From: Arenicellales bacterium | Lineage (GTDB): Bacteria; Pseudomonadota; Gammaproteobacteria; Arenicellales; JAJDZL01 | Direction of reading: 5' to 3' | Assembly (NCBI GenBank): GCA_965200645.1 | Contig: CBDAUN010000003.1 | Span: 1,152,968-1,216,967 of the forward strand | Length of the DNA stretch: 64,000 nt | Shown: piece after piece, positions 51,646-60,717 of the stretch | Layout of the letters: each line of letters begins with the position of its first letter | Position numbering within the stretch: position 1 is the first letter of the stretch | Program-made: the position numbers and the translations under genes | Notes under the pieces: generated by a model | Seen by the model: the letters and a program-made list of their open reading frames with translations, nothing else | What the model was told of the DNA's origin: nothing | Databases searched by the model: none

Positions 51646-52296
51646 TCAACATCCATTATTCACACAATCAACCAAACCCCAAACTTCACTAACCTCACAG
51701 TCCGTACCAGCCCGCCTCAACCACTCAGTACAATGCCAGCCCCAAGTGACCGCGACAGTCCTGCATCCTGCCAATTTACCCTGCTCGATGTCGCTTACCG
51801 TGTCACCAATCATCCATGTATTTGCCAAAACGCCATTATCTTCATCGACAATGGCTTTGATGCGTTCAGCCTTGGGGTGCTTAATGTCACCTCCGGCGAT
51901 ATGGTGAACGCAGTCACTTAAATCATTATGTTCCAGCAAAGCTTGGATAATTGGACCTGGAGTTGCTGACACTATCCCAACTCTTGACTCTTTACTCAAG
52001 TGACTAATTACTTCATCCATCTTTGGAAATATTGGAGTCTGACCAACGCGAAGGTGCAATTCCCGATCAAGAATTTCAATGAACTCTCTGGTATATTCAG
52101 GATTGACATTCGCCCTATCTACCAGATTTGCAATCGACATATTGTGCAGTGTCTGTAAGTCTCTTGCGGCAAATGACACTGGCTGGTCAAGTTCTCGCCC
52201 GGCTAGATTGATAATGTCAACGAAAATGTCTAAGGTATCAACAATTACGCCATCGTAATCAAACAAAACTATCTTGGGACTGGCTGTCTCGACCAT
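51646..52296 (-). CDS. HAD-superfamily hydrolase (phosphatase, PGP-like subfamily IA)
   Basis: Motif I VLFDYDGVIVDT, motif II GIVSATPG, and motifs III/IV K...IGDTVSDIEQG. Confidence 0.8.
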   Translation of the reverse strand: MVETASPKIVLFDYDGVIVDTLDIFVDIINLAGRELDQPVSFAARDLQTLHNMSIANLVDRANVNPEYTREFIEILDRELHLRVGQTPIFPKMDEVISHLSKESRVGIVSATPGPIIQALLEHNDLSDCVHHIAGGDIKHPKAERIKAIVDEDNGVLANTWMIGDTVSDIEQGKLAGCRTVAVTWGWHCTEWLRRAGTDCEVSEVWGLVDCVNNGC

Positions 52297-53618
52297 AACT
52301 TCCTAGCCCCATCTCTTTGGTACACTGGCGAACCCATGCTCCAGGTCTCACGAACATTATTGACGCTACCCATAATTGCATACACAAAGAGACGTTCCTG
52401 TATATCTTTCGCCCGGTCGAGACGTCGACGCATGAGGTTTGACCCGCCGTCATCCATTACTACGAAATCAGCTTCCTTGCCTACATCAAAACTACCCACA
52501 TGTTGATCAATTTTCAGTGTCTTTGCTCCTGCTAGTGTAGCAAGATAAAACAACTGAATACCGTCCAAATGCTCACCGTTGAGCTTTGCCACTGCGTACA
52601 TTTCCCGCATTGTCTGTAGCATGGAAAAACTAGTTCCACCGCCAATATCAGTTCCCATACTCATAGGTACACCATGCTGTGCCAAGTAGCTTGGTCTAGC
52701 CAAACCGCTACCGATAAAGGTATTTGAAGTCGGACATAAGACCGCTGTCGCACCCGCATCAGCCAATCTTTTACACTCGGATTCACTGAGATGAATGCAG
52801 TGGGCAAAGGATGAACGTTCTGTCACCATTCCGTATGACTCGTAGATACCCACATAGTCTGACGCTTCCGGATAAATTTGCAACACCCAGGAAATTTCTG
52901 CTTTTGTCTCCGATAAATGCGTGTGAAACAATATGTCCGGGTATTTTTCAAGGAGTTTTCTACATGCAATCATCTGATTGCGAGTTGACGAACCTGCGAA
53001 CCTTAGAATGAAGGCGTAGGACTGTCGCCCCGTACCGTGCCACTCTTGAATGAGCCCCTCTGTTTCCTTAACTCCTAAAGTAGTTCCATCTAGCAACCCT
53101 TCCGGTGCGTTTTGGTCCATGAGCACCTTACCAGTCACCATACGAAGGTTTCGAGCGTGAGACTGTTGAAATAGTATCTGAGCAGAAACTTTATGAACGG
53201 TCGGAAATGCTAAGGCACTGGTCGTTCCATTTGTGACAAGTTCATTCAAGAACTCGTCAGCCACCTCAGAACAATAGTCTGTTTTTGCAAACAACTGCTC
53301 TTCGGGATACGTGTGGGTATGCAACCACTCCAACAACCCAGGAGCAGGAGAGGCGAGCAGACGAGTTTGTGCATAGTGAATGTGTGAATCTATGAATCCT
53401 GGGCAAATTAGACAATTGGGATACTCAAGTAGAGGGTACTCACGAAAATCAGATTTTGAAAATTCTTCAAATGTCAGAACTCTAAGAACACGACCGTTTC
53501 GCAATATCATCACTCCATCTTCCAAGTTTCGCCATTCAAACGAAGCATTGGAGTGCTTATCTGTTGCGAAGAATATTTCTCCTCTTATGGCAAAGTCAGT
53601 GAAATGTCCCATTCGCAA
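52269..53618 (-). CDS. guaD: Guanine deaminase (amidohydrolase superfamily)
   Basis: PGFIDSHIHYAQT metal-binding HxH, HLSE, and a C-terminal GSFDVGKEADFVV. It sits in a purine-salvage context (xdh, nucleoside ABC transporter). Confidence 0.8.
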   Translation of the reverse strand: MRMGHFTDFAIRGEIFFATDKHSNASFEWRNLEDGVMILRNGRVLRVLTFEEFSKSDFREYPLLEYPNCLICPGFIDSHIHYAQTRLLASPAPGLLEWLHTHTYPEEQLFAKTDYCSEVADEFLNELVTNGTTSALAFPTVHKVSAQILFQQSHARNLRMVTGKVLMDQNAPEGLLDGTTLGVKETEGLIQEWHGTGRQSYAFILRFAGSSTRNQMIACRKLLEKYPDILFHTHLSETKAEISWVLQIYPEASDYVGIYESYGMVTERSSFAHCIHLSESECKRLADAGATAVLCPTSNTFIGSGLARPSYLAQHGVPMSMGTDIGGGTSFSMLQTMREMYAVAKLNGEHLDGIQLFYLATLAGAKTLKIDQHVGSFDVGKEADFVVMDDGGSNLMRRRLDRAKDIQERLFVYAIMGSVNNVRETWSMGSPVYQRDGARKLWSRQPVPR

Positions 53619-53652
53619 TTAATACAGAATTTCGAATTATTTGTACGTAATT

Positions 53653-53680
53653 TGGGGGCATCTGTAAAATGACGCCCCCA
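53653..53680 (-). terminator. Hairpin between the BMP binding-protein gene and guaD
   Basis: tgggggc-N14-gccccca forms a 7-bp G/C stem 29 nt after the binding-protein stop. Confidence 0.4.
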
Positions 53681-53708
53681 TAAAAACAACGGTCGAGAAT
53701 TGGTTTAG

Positions 53709-54785
53709 TTAGTTCGGGACTGATCCTTCAACACCTTGGACGTAATAGTTCATTGCGTGCATATCACCCTCTGACATGACCTGACCGTCTTCCACAATCA
53801 CAGTACCGTCCTGAGCAAAAATTGGTCCGGTAAATGGATGAAACGCACCCGTTCTGATCGACTCTTCTACCGCTTTTGCATCAGCAATTACCTCTGCTGG
53901 TACTGTCTTGGCATTGTACTCAGACATTATCAGCATGCCGGTACTGAGACCATCCCAGACATCCTGCGAAGCCCAAGTCCCATCCATGACAGCCTGCACT
54001 CTTGTTTTATAGTATGCACCCCAGTTGTTTATGGCTGCATTTAGATGAGCATTAGGAGCAAAAGCAAGCATGTTTGATGCCTGGCCAAATCCAAAAGCGC
54101 CTCTATCCTCTGCAACTTGCAACGGGGCTGGGGAATCCGTATGCTGCGCCAGGACATCGGCACCCTGATCGATCAGTGCCTTGGCGGCATCACTTTCCTT
54201 ACCCGGATCGAACCAAGTGCTTACCCATACAACTCTGACTCTAGCGTCTGGATTTACGCTGTTTAACCCCACTGCAAATGCATTAATTCCTCGCACGACT
54301 TCTGGAATAGGAAAAGAGGCAATATAGCCGATGATGTTGGATTTAGTCATAGCGCCAGCGATACGACCATGGATATAGCGACCTTCGTACCAACGAATGT
54401 TATAGGTACTGACGTTGTCTGCCCGTTTGTAACCAGTAGAATGTTCAAACTTAACGTCGGGGAACAACTTAGCTACTTTGTTAGTTGGATCCATATAACC
54501 GAAAGAGGTCGTAAAGATGAGACCGTGTCCGTCAGCAGCCAGTTGACGAATAACACGTTCGGCGTCTTGACCTTCGGGGACCGATTCAACAAAGGTAGTT
54601 TCGATTTTATCGCCAAATTCTTGTTCAATCTGTAGTCGACCTTGGTTATGCTGATAAGTCCAGCCATGATCACCAACGGGACCAACATACACAAAACCGA
54701 CCTTTAGCGGCTCTCCTGCCGATGCTGTCAGCCAAATTGCACTCAACATCAATATTGAAATGAACTTGCGAACCATAGTGCGCAT
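53709..54785 (-). CDS. BMP-family (PnrA/Med-like) ABC transporter substrate-binding protein, probably for nucleosides/purines
   Basis: Signal peptide, then KVGFVYVGPVGDHGWTYQHNQG and FTTSFGYMD, typical of the BMP family. The ATG at 54785 is preceded by GGAGGTG and is preferred to the track's TTG at 54797. Confidence 0.85.
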   Translation of the reverse strand: MRTMVRKFISILMLSAIWLTASAGEPLKVGFVYVGPVGDHGWTYQHNQGRLQIEQEFGDKIETTFVESVPEGQDAERVIRQLAADGHGLIFTTSFGYMDPTNKVAKLFPDVKFEHSTGYKRADNVSTYNIRWYEGRYIHGRIAGAMTKSNIIGYIASFPIPEVVRGINAFAVGLNSVNPDARVRVVWVSTWFDPGKESDAAKALIDQGADVLAQHTDSPAPLQVAEDRGAFGFGQASNMLAFAPNAHLNAAINNWGAYYKTRVQAVMDGTWASQDVWDGLSTGMLIMSEYNAKTVPAEVIADAKAVEESIRTGAFHPFTGPIFAQDGTVIVEDGQVMSEGDMHAMNYYVQGVEGSVPN

Positions 54786-55246
54786 AATCACCTCCAAAAG
54801 GATATTATTTTAATTTTAGTGCTGCCAAAAGAGGCTTGTCAGTGCGTGATACTGCCTATTTTTGACTAGCGATGTGTCTTTTTCTCAAGTGAGATGGACA
54901 CCTAAGTTGATAAGTATAAACCTTTACTCCACTCATTAGACGTGGAAGTTTTTATCACGTATCAAGGGGGTAGGTTATTACTATGGACCACACTTTTATA
55001 CAGGCGACGTGAAGCTGCGATAGCTAACCTGTCTGATCAAGAAACTCAAACTATTGAAGTCATAAAATCAGCAAGGACACTAGGCGAACACAGACTAGAT
55101 ATTCTCTTTGGATAAGCTTGAAAAACGGTCGGGTCGGTGTAAATAGGCTGTAATCTCCAACTACACTTCATTGGAAAATTACAGGTAACAATAAGCGTAC
55201 TGCTTGAATCCATGTACTAAATTTAAAGGACTCGCTGAAAATTTTT

Positions 55247-56983
55247 TCAATCCAACTCCCACATTGGAATCTGCTGATTGAACTTAAGGTGAGTTTGCTG
55301 GAGCAACACTGAATCAAATACATCCTCTAAACCCGGTGTTGAGTCCGATAGGATCCTCAAACTTGCAGTAGCTTCATTGAAGAACCGATTGGGAAGTCCG
55401 CTGGAGGAGTCCATATATGCCACGTCCCACCAATCGAGTATTCGCTCGCGGGCTTGGTGCAAAATTTCTCGACTTGGCAGCTTATCGCGCTTCTGATATT
55501 GATTTATGCTACGCTTTGACGGCATTAAATTCCACATGTCTTCGCAAGGCCATGCCGAAAACGGAAAGCAGTGATCAATATCCACATTCTTTGTATTTAT
55601 TCGTTTTCCGCTCCAAATGCAGTGATTGAATACATTATTTTCAATAAGTTGTTTCGCTCTTTGTCTCGGATACACAGTGCTACGTGTAGGATCGCTCCAT
55701 ACTAAAGCCTCTTCCATGGCTTCGAAATTCAGTTGTCTATCCCCCTGACTCTTTGCGAACCTTCTCATTAGACTCTTCCACTCCGATATGATCGCAGGCT
55801 CTATCCATGCGCCATAATTTTGTGCGGCCTGCCATACTCCCAAAGGAATCGTCACACTGCCAAAACTTCGCAGATAGTCGGTACTTATCACTCCGTTAAA
55901 TGCACTTCGGTTGCGCAACGATTGAGCAACAAAAACTTGATTCTTAGTTCCGGGATAAGTCGTAAAATGCATTGGGAAGTTAACCAGTGAATTACAGATC
56001 TCCTTGAGTGCGCGATGAAGATTTTTTAGATTGTCGTCTGAAAATACTGCACCAACTCTTATGTCTAGTGTGCTAACGCTATCAAGACGATGATAGGCTT
56101 CTCGCGCGAATCCAACCCCATCTGTTCCCTGTGTATTGGTTGAAAGCTGAGGTAGATTTTCATCCAGTAAAGGCCGATAGAGTCGCAACCAATATAAAGC
56201 GAATAAACCTAATGGAAGAACGACGTGTTTATCGTGGACCTGAGCTAGGCCTCCTGCGGACTGCGAAATACGAATTAAAGTTCTTAGCAGACCAAGTTTA
56301 TAGGTAGCTGTTTTCCTGTCGTTTAGGATGATGCCCCGCAGCAATGGCAAAGCGCCTGTGCCATCGCCCGGAGTTCGAAATACTAATCTTGTCCAATAAA
56401 CGCCTGGGCGACCGAGTTTGTCTGCTTCCTTTGAACACTCGACCTCGAATAGTCCAAAGTCGCGTGCATATGCGCGAACTTGTTCATCGGGAATATCCCA
56501 AAAGCCTTGAACTGGTTCGAAAGGTCCGTGTCGTAAAGTAATACAAAGCAACCCGTTAGGATTTAGCATGGATACCAAGCGCCTGAAAGCCGCTGACCTT
56601 TCAGATTGAGTGACGTGCATCCACACAGCACTGAGCAAAATGACATCGTAACTGAGGCCGGCTTTCCTCACTTTATTCAACTTTGGCAGACTGTCATCAA
56701 TCCAGTCAATATTGGAAGCATGATGATTTTTACGGGCTATTTCCCGTAGTTTAGAGCATGGCTCGACGGCGGTTACGCTATGTCCAAGCCTCGCTAAACC
56801 GGCGGCATCTCTTCCGGTTCCCGCGCCCACATCCAACACCGCACAGGCCTTTTTCGGTAAGTGCTTGATTAACTCAGCATGAACTTCCTCAAACGAAAAT
56901 CTTTCGTATTTCTTCGCAGTTTTCGAAGCGTTTTGCTCGTACCACTGACTCGCAATGATTGGGCGAATAGATTTTTCAACCAT
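55247..56983 (-). CDS. Fusion protein: class I SAM-dependent methyltransferase + uncharacterised central region + HNH (His-Me finger) nuclease
   Basis: 578 aa. MTase motif I VLDVGAGTGRDA, post-I AVE, DVILLSAVWMHV. The C-terminal VDIDHCFPFSAWPCEDMWNLMPSKRSINQYQKRDKLP is an HNH/HNN motif. I cannot assign the ~270-aa middle region. Confidence 0.7.
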   Translation of the reverse strand: MVEKSIRPIIASQWYEQNASKTAKKYERFSFEEVHAELIKHLPKKACAVLDVGAGTGRDAAGLARLGHSVTAVEPCSKLREIARKNHHASNIDWIDDSLPKLNKVRKAGLSYDVILLSAVWMHVTQSERSAAFRRLVSMLNPNGLLCITLRHGPFEPVQGFWDIPDEQVRAYARDFGLFEVECSKEADKLGRPGVYWTRLVFRTPGDGTGALPLLRGIILNDRKTATYKLGLLRTLIRISQSAGGLAQVHDKHVVLPLGLFALYWLRLYRPLLDENLPQLSTNTQGTDGVGFAREAYHRLDSVSTLDIRVGAVFSDDNLKNLHRALKEICNSLVNFPMHFTTYPGTKNQVFVAQSLRNRSAFNGVISTDYLRSFGSVTIPLGVWQAAQNYGAWIEPAIISEWKSLMRRFAKSQGDRQLNFEAMEEALVWSDPTRSTVYPRQRAKQLIENNVFNHCIWSGKRINTKNVDIDHCFPFSAWPCEDMWNLMPSKRSINQYQKRDKLPSREILHQARERILDWWDVAYMDSSSGLPNRFFNEATASLRILSDSTPGLEDVFDSVLLQQTHLKFNQQIPMWELD

Positions 56984-57384
56984 ACCGATTTAAGTTGAAC
57001 GACTTACATTTAACGTCTTGAGGACTGCTTAAGTTGCTCTAAAGACTAACTTGAAACTTATGTTTTAACTAAAACATAGAATCCATCAATCTACTGACAT
57101 ATTTCCCTGAGAACTTTGTAATGAATTCAATTTTACAACCACAAATCGATGTTCAACAATCGACATATCTAGTTCAAAAAGAATTTCGCTAATGCTTATA
57201 AAGCCTCGACTTTATCAAATTTGTGTCCATCGGTAAATCGTAAATGATGAACCAAAACTACCTTTTCTTGACTCGAACTTGATTCTTGGAAATCGCCCAA
57301 ACCAATGGCCTTTTCGATCTTCTGTAAATGACTTAAAATTTTTTTACCTTGAATATTTAACATTTTAAATTAATATAGCCTACT

Positions 57385-58578
57385 GTGTACATACGACACC
57401 TAGCCTCAGAAATTTTCCAACAAATCGACTTTTATCCGGTTGTGGCCATCCTAGGGCCTCACCAGATAGGTAAGACTGCGCTTGCACTAGAGGTTTCCAA
57501 GAATCATTCGCCCGTCTACATTGACCTGCAGGATTTAGATGACTTTCTTAAACTGAACAGGTCCACTTATTTTTTAGAACATTTAGCGGAAAAGACAGTC
57601 ATTCTTGATGGCGTGGAACGTTATCCGGATTTATTTACAAAACTCCGTGATGTAATTTATTCCAGAAGGCGAGAAGGACGTGGGAGTGGGCGTTTTTTCA
57701 TTTTAGGTTCAAGGTCAATTGAATTTATTAAACAAAACCCCGATAGTCTTACTGAATTAATCCATTATTGTGAGCTGTCGGGTCTGAGTCCATTTGAAAT
57801 CAAACAACCGCAAGGCCAGTCACTACAAGACTTGTGGTTACGCGGCGGATTTCCCGCAAGTTACGCTGCAGCAGATGACAAAGAAAGTTATAGATTGCGC
57901 CAACAAATCATTCGCACCTATATTGACCACGACATTCCTCAACTTGGTCCTCGCATGCCGCCTGATATGCTTTTGCGTTTTTGGACCATGCTGGCACACA
58001 CCCAAGGTGGCTTGCTCAATGCCTCAAAGCTTGCAGAGTCACTAGATGTAAGGAGCGTGACCATCAGTAGATACCTACAATTTATGATTGGTCTTTTCTT
58101 GATTCGTAGACTTGATTCTTACACAGGGGTTAATGTAAACAAACGGCTCGTTAAATCACCAAAAATCTACATTCGAGACAGCGGTATTGTTCATGCATTA
58201 CTGCAAATCACCGATTATCCATCACTATTGAGCCATCCAATTTCTGGTAAGAGTTGGGAAGGATTTGTCGTTGAAAATATCCTTAACGCTCTACCTTCGG
58301 GAGTCAAGCCATACTTCTACCGAACTGCTGTCGGTGCGGAAATTGATCTTCTGTTGGAATTTGGACCGGATGAATTCTGGGCAATCGATATCAAATCCGG
58401 TCGAACTGCTGCACTAAAAAAAGGGTTTCATTTGGCTTGTGCCGACTTGAATGTAAAAACCAAATTTGTAGTCTACACCGGTGAAAGTTTACTCCAGCTT
58501 GACGACGACACTACCGTGTTGCCACTTTCGCAGTTGTTGGGAATCTTGAATGAAAAATTCAAGGAATTTTCTTATTGA
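57385..58578 (+). CDS. AAA+ ATPase of the AAA_14/DUF4143 type
   Basis: 397 aa with Walker A ILGPHQIGKTALA near the N-terminus and Walker B-like VILDGVERYPD. The C-terminal third has the layout of DUF4143 proteins. GTG is the only in-frame start after an upstream TAA. Confidence 0.7.
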   Translation: MYIRHLASEIFQQIDFYPVVAILGPHQIGKTALALEVSKNHSPVYIDLQDLDDFLKLNRSTYFLEHLAEKTVILDGVERYPDLFTKLRDVIYSRRREGRGSGRFFILGSRSIEFIKQNPDSLTELIHYCELSGLSPFEIKQPQGQSLQDLWLRGGFPASYAAADDKESYRLRQQIIRTYIDHDIPQLGPRMPPDMLLRFWTMLAHTQGGLLNASKLAESLDVRSVTISRYLQFMIGLFLIRRLDSYTGVNVNKRLVKSPKIYIRDSGIVHALLQITDYPSLLSHPISGKSWEGFVVENILNALPSGVKPYFYRTAVGAEIDLLLEFGPDEFWAIDIKSGRTAALKKGFHLACADLNVKTKFVVYTGESLLQLDDDTTVLPLSQLLGILNEKFKEFSY

Positions 58579-58689
58579 GTTGCAAGTTAGTAATTTAAAC
58601 AATTACAAAGCCTTACTGGACGAAATCAATACACCAAATTGATGAATCTTAGTTCGGTTGAAATAGCCCTCTTGGTCTGCTGTTGTCTG

Positions 58690-59619
58690 CTACTTGTTCG
58701 GATGAAATATCTGACCAATACAAGCCGGTGCGTTTAGTTTTACTCTTGTTGAATCCCGAGAAATCAGTACCAGCACCAATATAGTGATCAGATACGGCAT
58801 CATGGACAGTACCTGGGCGGATACCTGCACCCCAATTCCTTGAAGGTGCAGTTGCAGTATAGTCACCGCACCAAACAGGTATGCACCAATTAAGACCCTA
58901 CCCGGTTTCCAAGACGCAAATACAACTAAAGCCAAGGCAATCCACCCTCTTCCGGCAGTCATATTCTCAATCCAAAATGGCGTATATGAAAGAGAAAGAA
59001 ATCCGCCGCCAAGTCCGCTCATTGCTCCGCCAAAGGAGATCGCCAAAAATCTAACTTTAAGAACCGAGTAACCTATGGAATGGGCTGAATCGTGTGACTC
59101 TCCGACTGCTCGAAGAATTAATCCGGATCTAGTGCGATATAAAAACCAATGTACTGCCACAACCATAAACAGCGATAAGTAAATCAAAATGTCATGAGAA
59201 AACAGTAATGGACCAATTAACGGTAATTCAGAGAGAATTGGTATATTCAACGAAGGTAACTTCTCAATCGGTTCACCCACAAATGGAAGTCCGATTAATG
59301 CACTCAACCCTATACCAAACAGAGTCAATGACAAGCCTGATGCCACCTGATTCGCTAAAAACACTAAAGTTAGCAACGAAAATAAGCAAGATATCATTAC
59401 GCCAGCAAGTGCCGCTACAAAAATGCTAAGCACCCAATTGCCAGTCGTCAACATGGTTGCAAATCCACAGACTGCTCCAACAAGCATCATGCCTTCGACG
59501 CCAAGATTCAGCACACCCGACTTTTCAGTCACTAATTCGCCTGTCGCTGCAAATAGCAATGGTGTTGCTGCACTGACAACTGTTAATAGAATTAATTCAG
59601 CCGTTCCGATAACTTCCAT
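58690..59619 (-). CDS. ABC transporter permease (BMP/nucleoside type, second permease)
   Basis: 309-aa polytopic protein of the branched-chain/ribose-type permease family. It has a 1-nt overlap with the preceding permease gene. Confidence 0.85.
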   Translation of the reverse strand: MEVIGTAELILLTVVSAATPLLFAATGELVTEKSGVLNLGVEGMMLVGAVCGFATMLTTGNWVLSIFVAALAGVMISCLFSLLTLVFLANQVASGLSLTLFGIGLSALIGLPFVGEPIEKLPSLNIPILSELPLIGPLLFSHDILIYLSLFMVVAVHWFLYRTRSGLILRAVGESHDSAHSIGYSVLKVRFLAISFGGAMSGLGGGFLSLSYTPFWIENMTAGRGWIALALVVFASWKPGRVLIGAYLFGAVTILQLHLQGIGVQVSAQVLSMMPYLITILVLVLISRDSTRVKLNAPACIGQIFHPNK

Positions 59620-60701
59620 TATGAAACTTCACCCGTTGCAGTTTGTGGCTTACGCCACTGTATCTTGTAGTTGATTAATACATCGGTAGCCAAAAGGAAA
59701 AACAAAAGCATTCCCTGAAATACACCCGCGATACCGCGTGGCAAACCAAGTCTTATCTGAACAAAATCTGCACCAAGGTAGGTTAGTGCTAGTATCAGAC
59801 TTGCCACCAACACTCCGATTGGATGAAGCCGTCCCAAAAACGCCACAATGATGGCAGTAAATCCATAACCTGGGGACACAACAGGCTGCAACTGTCCCAA
59901 AAGTCCGGATACTTCAACTATGCCGGCGAGTCCAGCAAGAGCACCTGTGCCCAACATTGTGATCCAAACAATATGCGAGTATTTGATCCCGCTGTACTTC
60001 GCTGCTCCCGTTGCCAGACCTGCAACCCGAACCTGAAATCCAATTAGTAACTTCGACAGTACAATCCAACCTGCAACCGCAGCAAACAAGGCTATAAATA
60101 CACCAGCATGAAGGCGTGTACCTCGCCATAAATTGGGCAGTTCTGCGACGGCAGGAAAGTCAACACTTTCGGGAAAATTAAATCCTCCCGGATCCTTCCA
60201 AGGGCCGTGAACCAGATTGCTCAAGAGCAAAATGGCTACATAAACCAACATCAGACTGGTTAAGATTTCGTTGGTATTGAACCTTGCCTTCAAAAATGCT
60301 GGAATCGCCGCCCATGCCATCCCGCCAAGCATTCCCATCATAAGAATTCCGGGTAGCATGAGAAAATTTTCGGAGGTGGGATTGTAGATGACCAAACTCC
60401 CGCCCACAATAGCTCCCACCACTAATTGCCCTTCCGCTCCAATATTCCAGACATTAGCTCTAAATCCGATCGATAACCCAACCGCTATCGTAGCGAGCGG
60501 AACTGCCTTAATGATCAATTCACCAATTCCATAGCTATCTGCCAAAGGACTAACAAAAAAAGCGAGCAACGACTGGATTGGCGGATGACCTAGAACATAG
60601 AACAGTATCCCTCCGGTAATGATGCTTAACGTCAATGCTAACAAAGGCGTTAGCCATATCATGAGTTTCGAATGGGTTGCTCTTGGGACTAATCTAATCA
60701 T
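59619..60701 (-). CDS. ABC transporter permease (BMP/nucleoside type, first permease)
   Basis: 360-aa polytopic protein that starts 16 nt after the ATPase gene. Confidence 0.85.
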   Translation of the reverse strand: MIRLVPRATHSKLMIWLTPLLALTLSIITGGILFYVLGHPPIQSLLAFFVSPLADSYGIGELIIKAVPLATIAVGLSIGFRANVWNIGAEGQLVVGAIVGGSLVIYNPTSENFLMLPGILMMGMLGGMAWAAIPAFLKARFNTNEILTSLMLVYVAILLLSNLVHGPWKDPGGFNFPESVDFPAVAELPNLWRGTRLHAGVFIALFAAVAGWIVLSKLLIGFQVRVAGLATGAAKYSGIKYSHIVWITMLGTGALAGLAGIVEVSGLLGQLQPVVSPGYGFTAIIVAFLGRLHPIGVLVASLILALTYLGADFVQIRLGLPRGIAGVFQGMLLFFLLATDVLINYKIQWRKPQTATGEVS

Positions 60702-60717
60702 TTCGACCTGCTGGGAA

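Noticed and set aside
54945-55115. An open frame in the spacer upstream of the BMP gene, reading ...RREAAIANLSDQETQTIEVIKSARTLGEHRLDILFG*, which looked like a remnant of a small regulatory or antitoxin-like protein.
   Set aside because: No ATG, GTG or TTG start follows the upstream in-frame TAG, and I recognise no family. It may be a gene fragment but cannot be supported as a feature.
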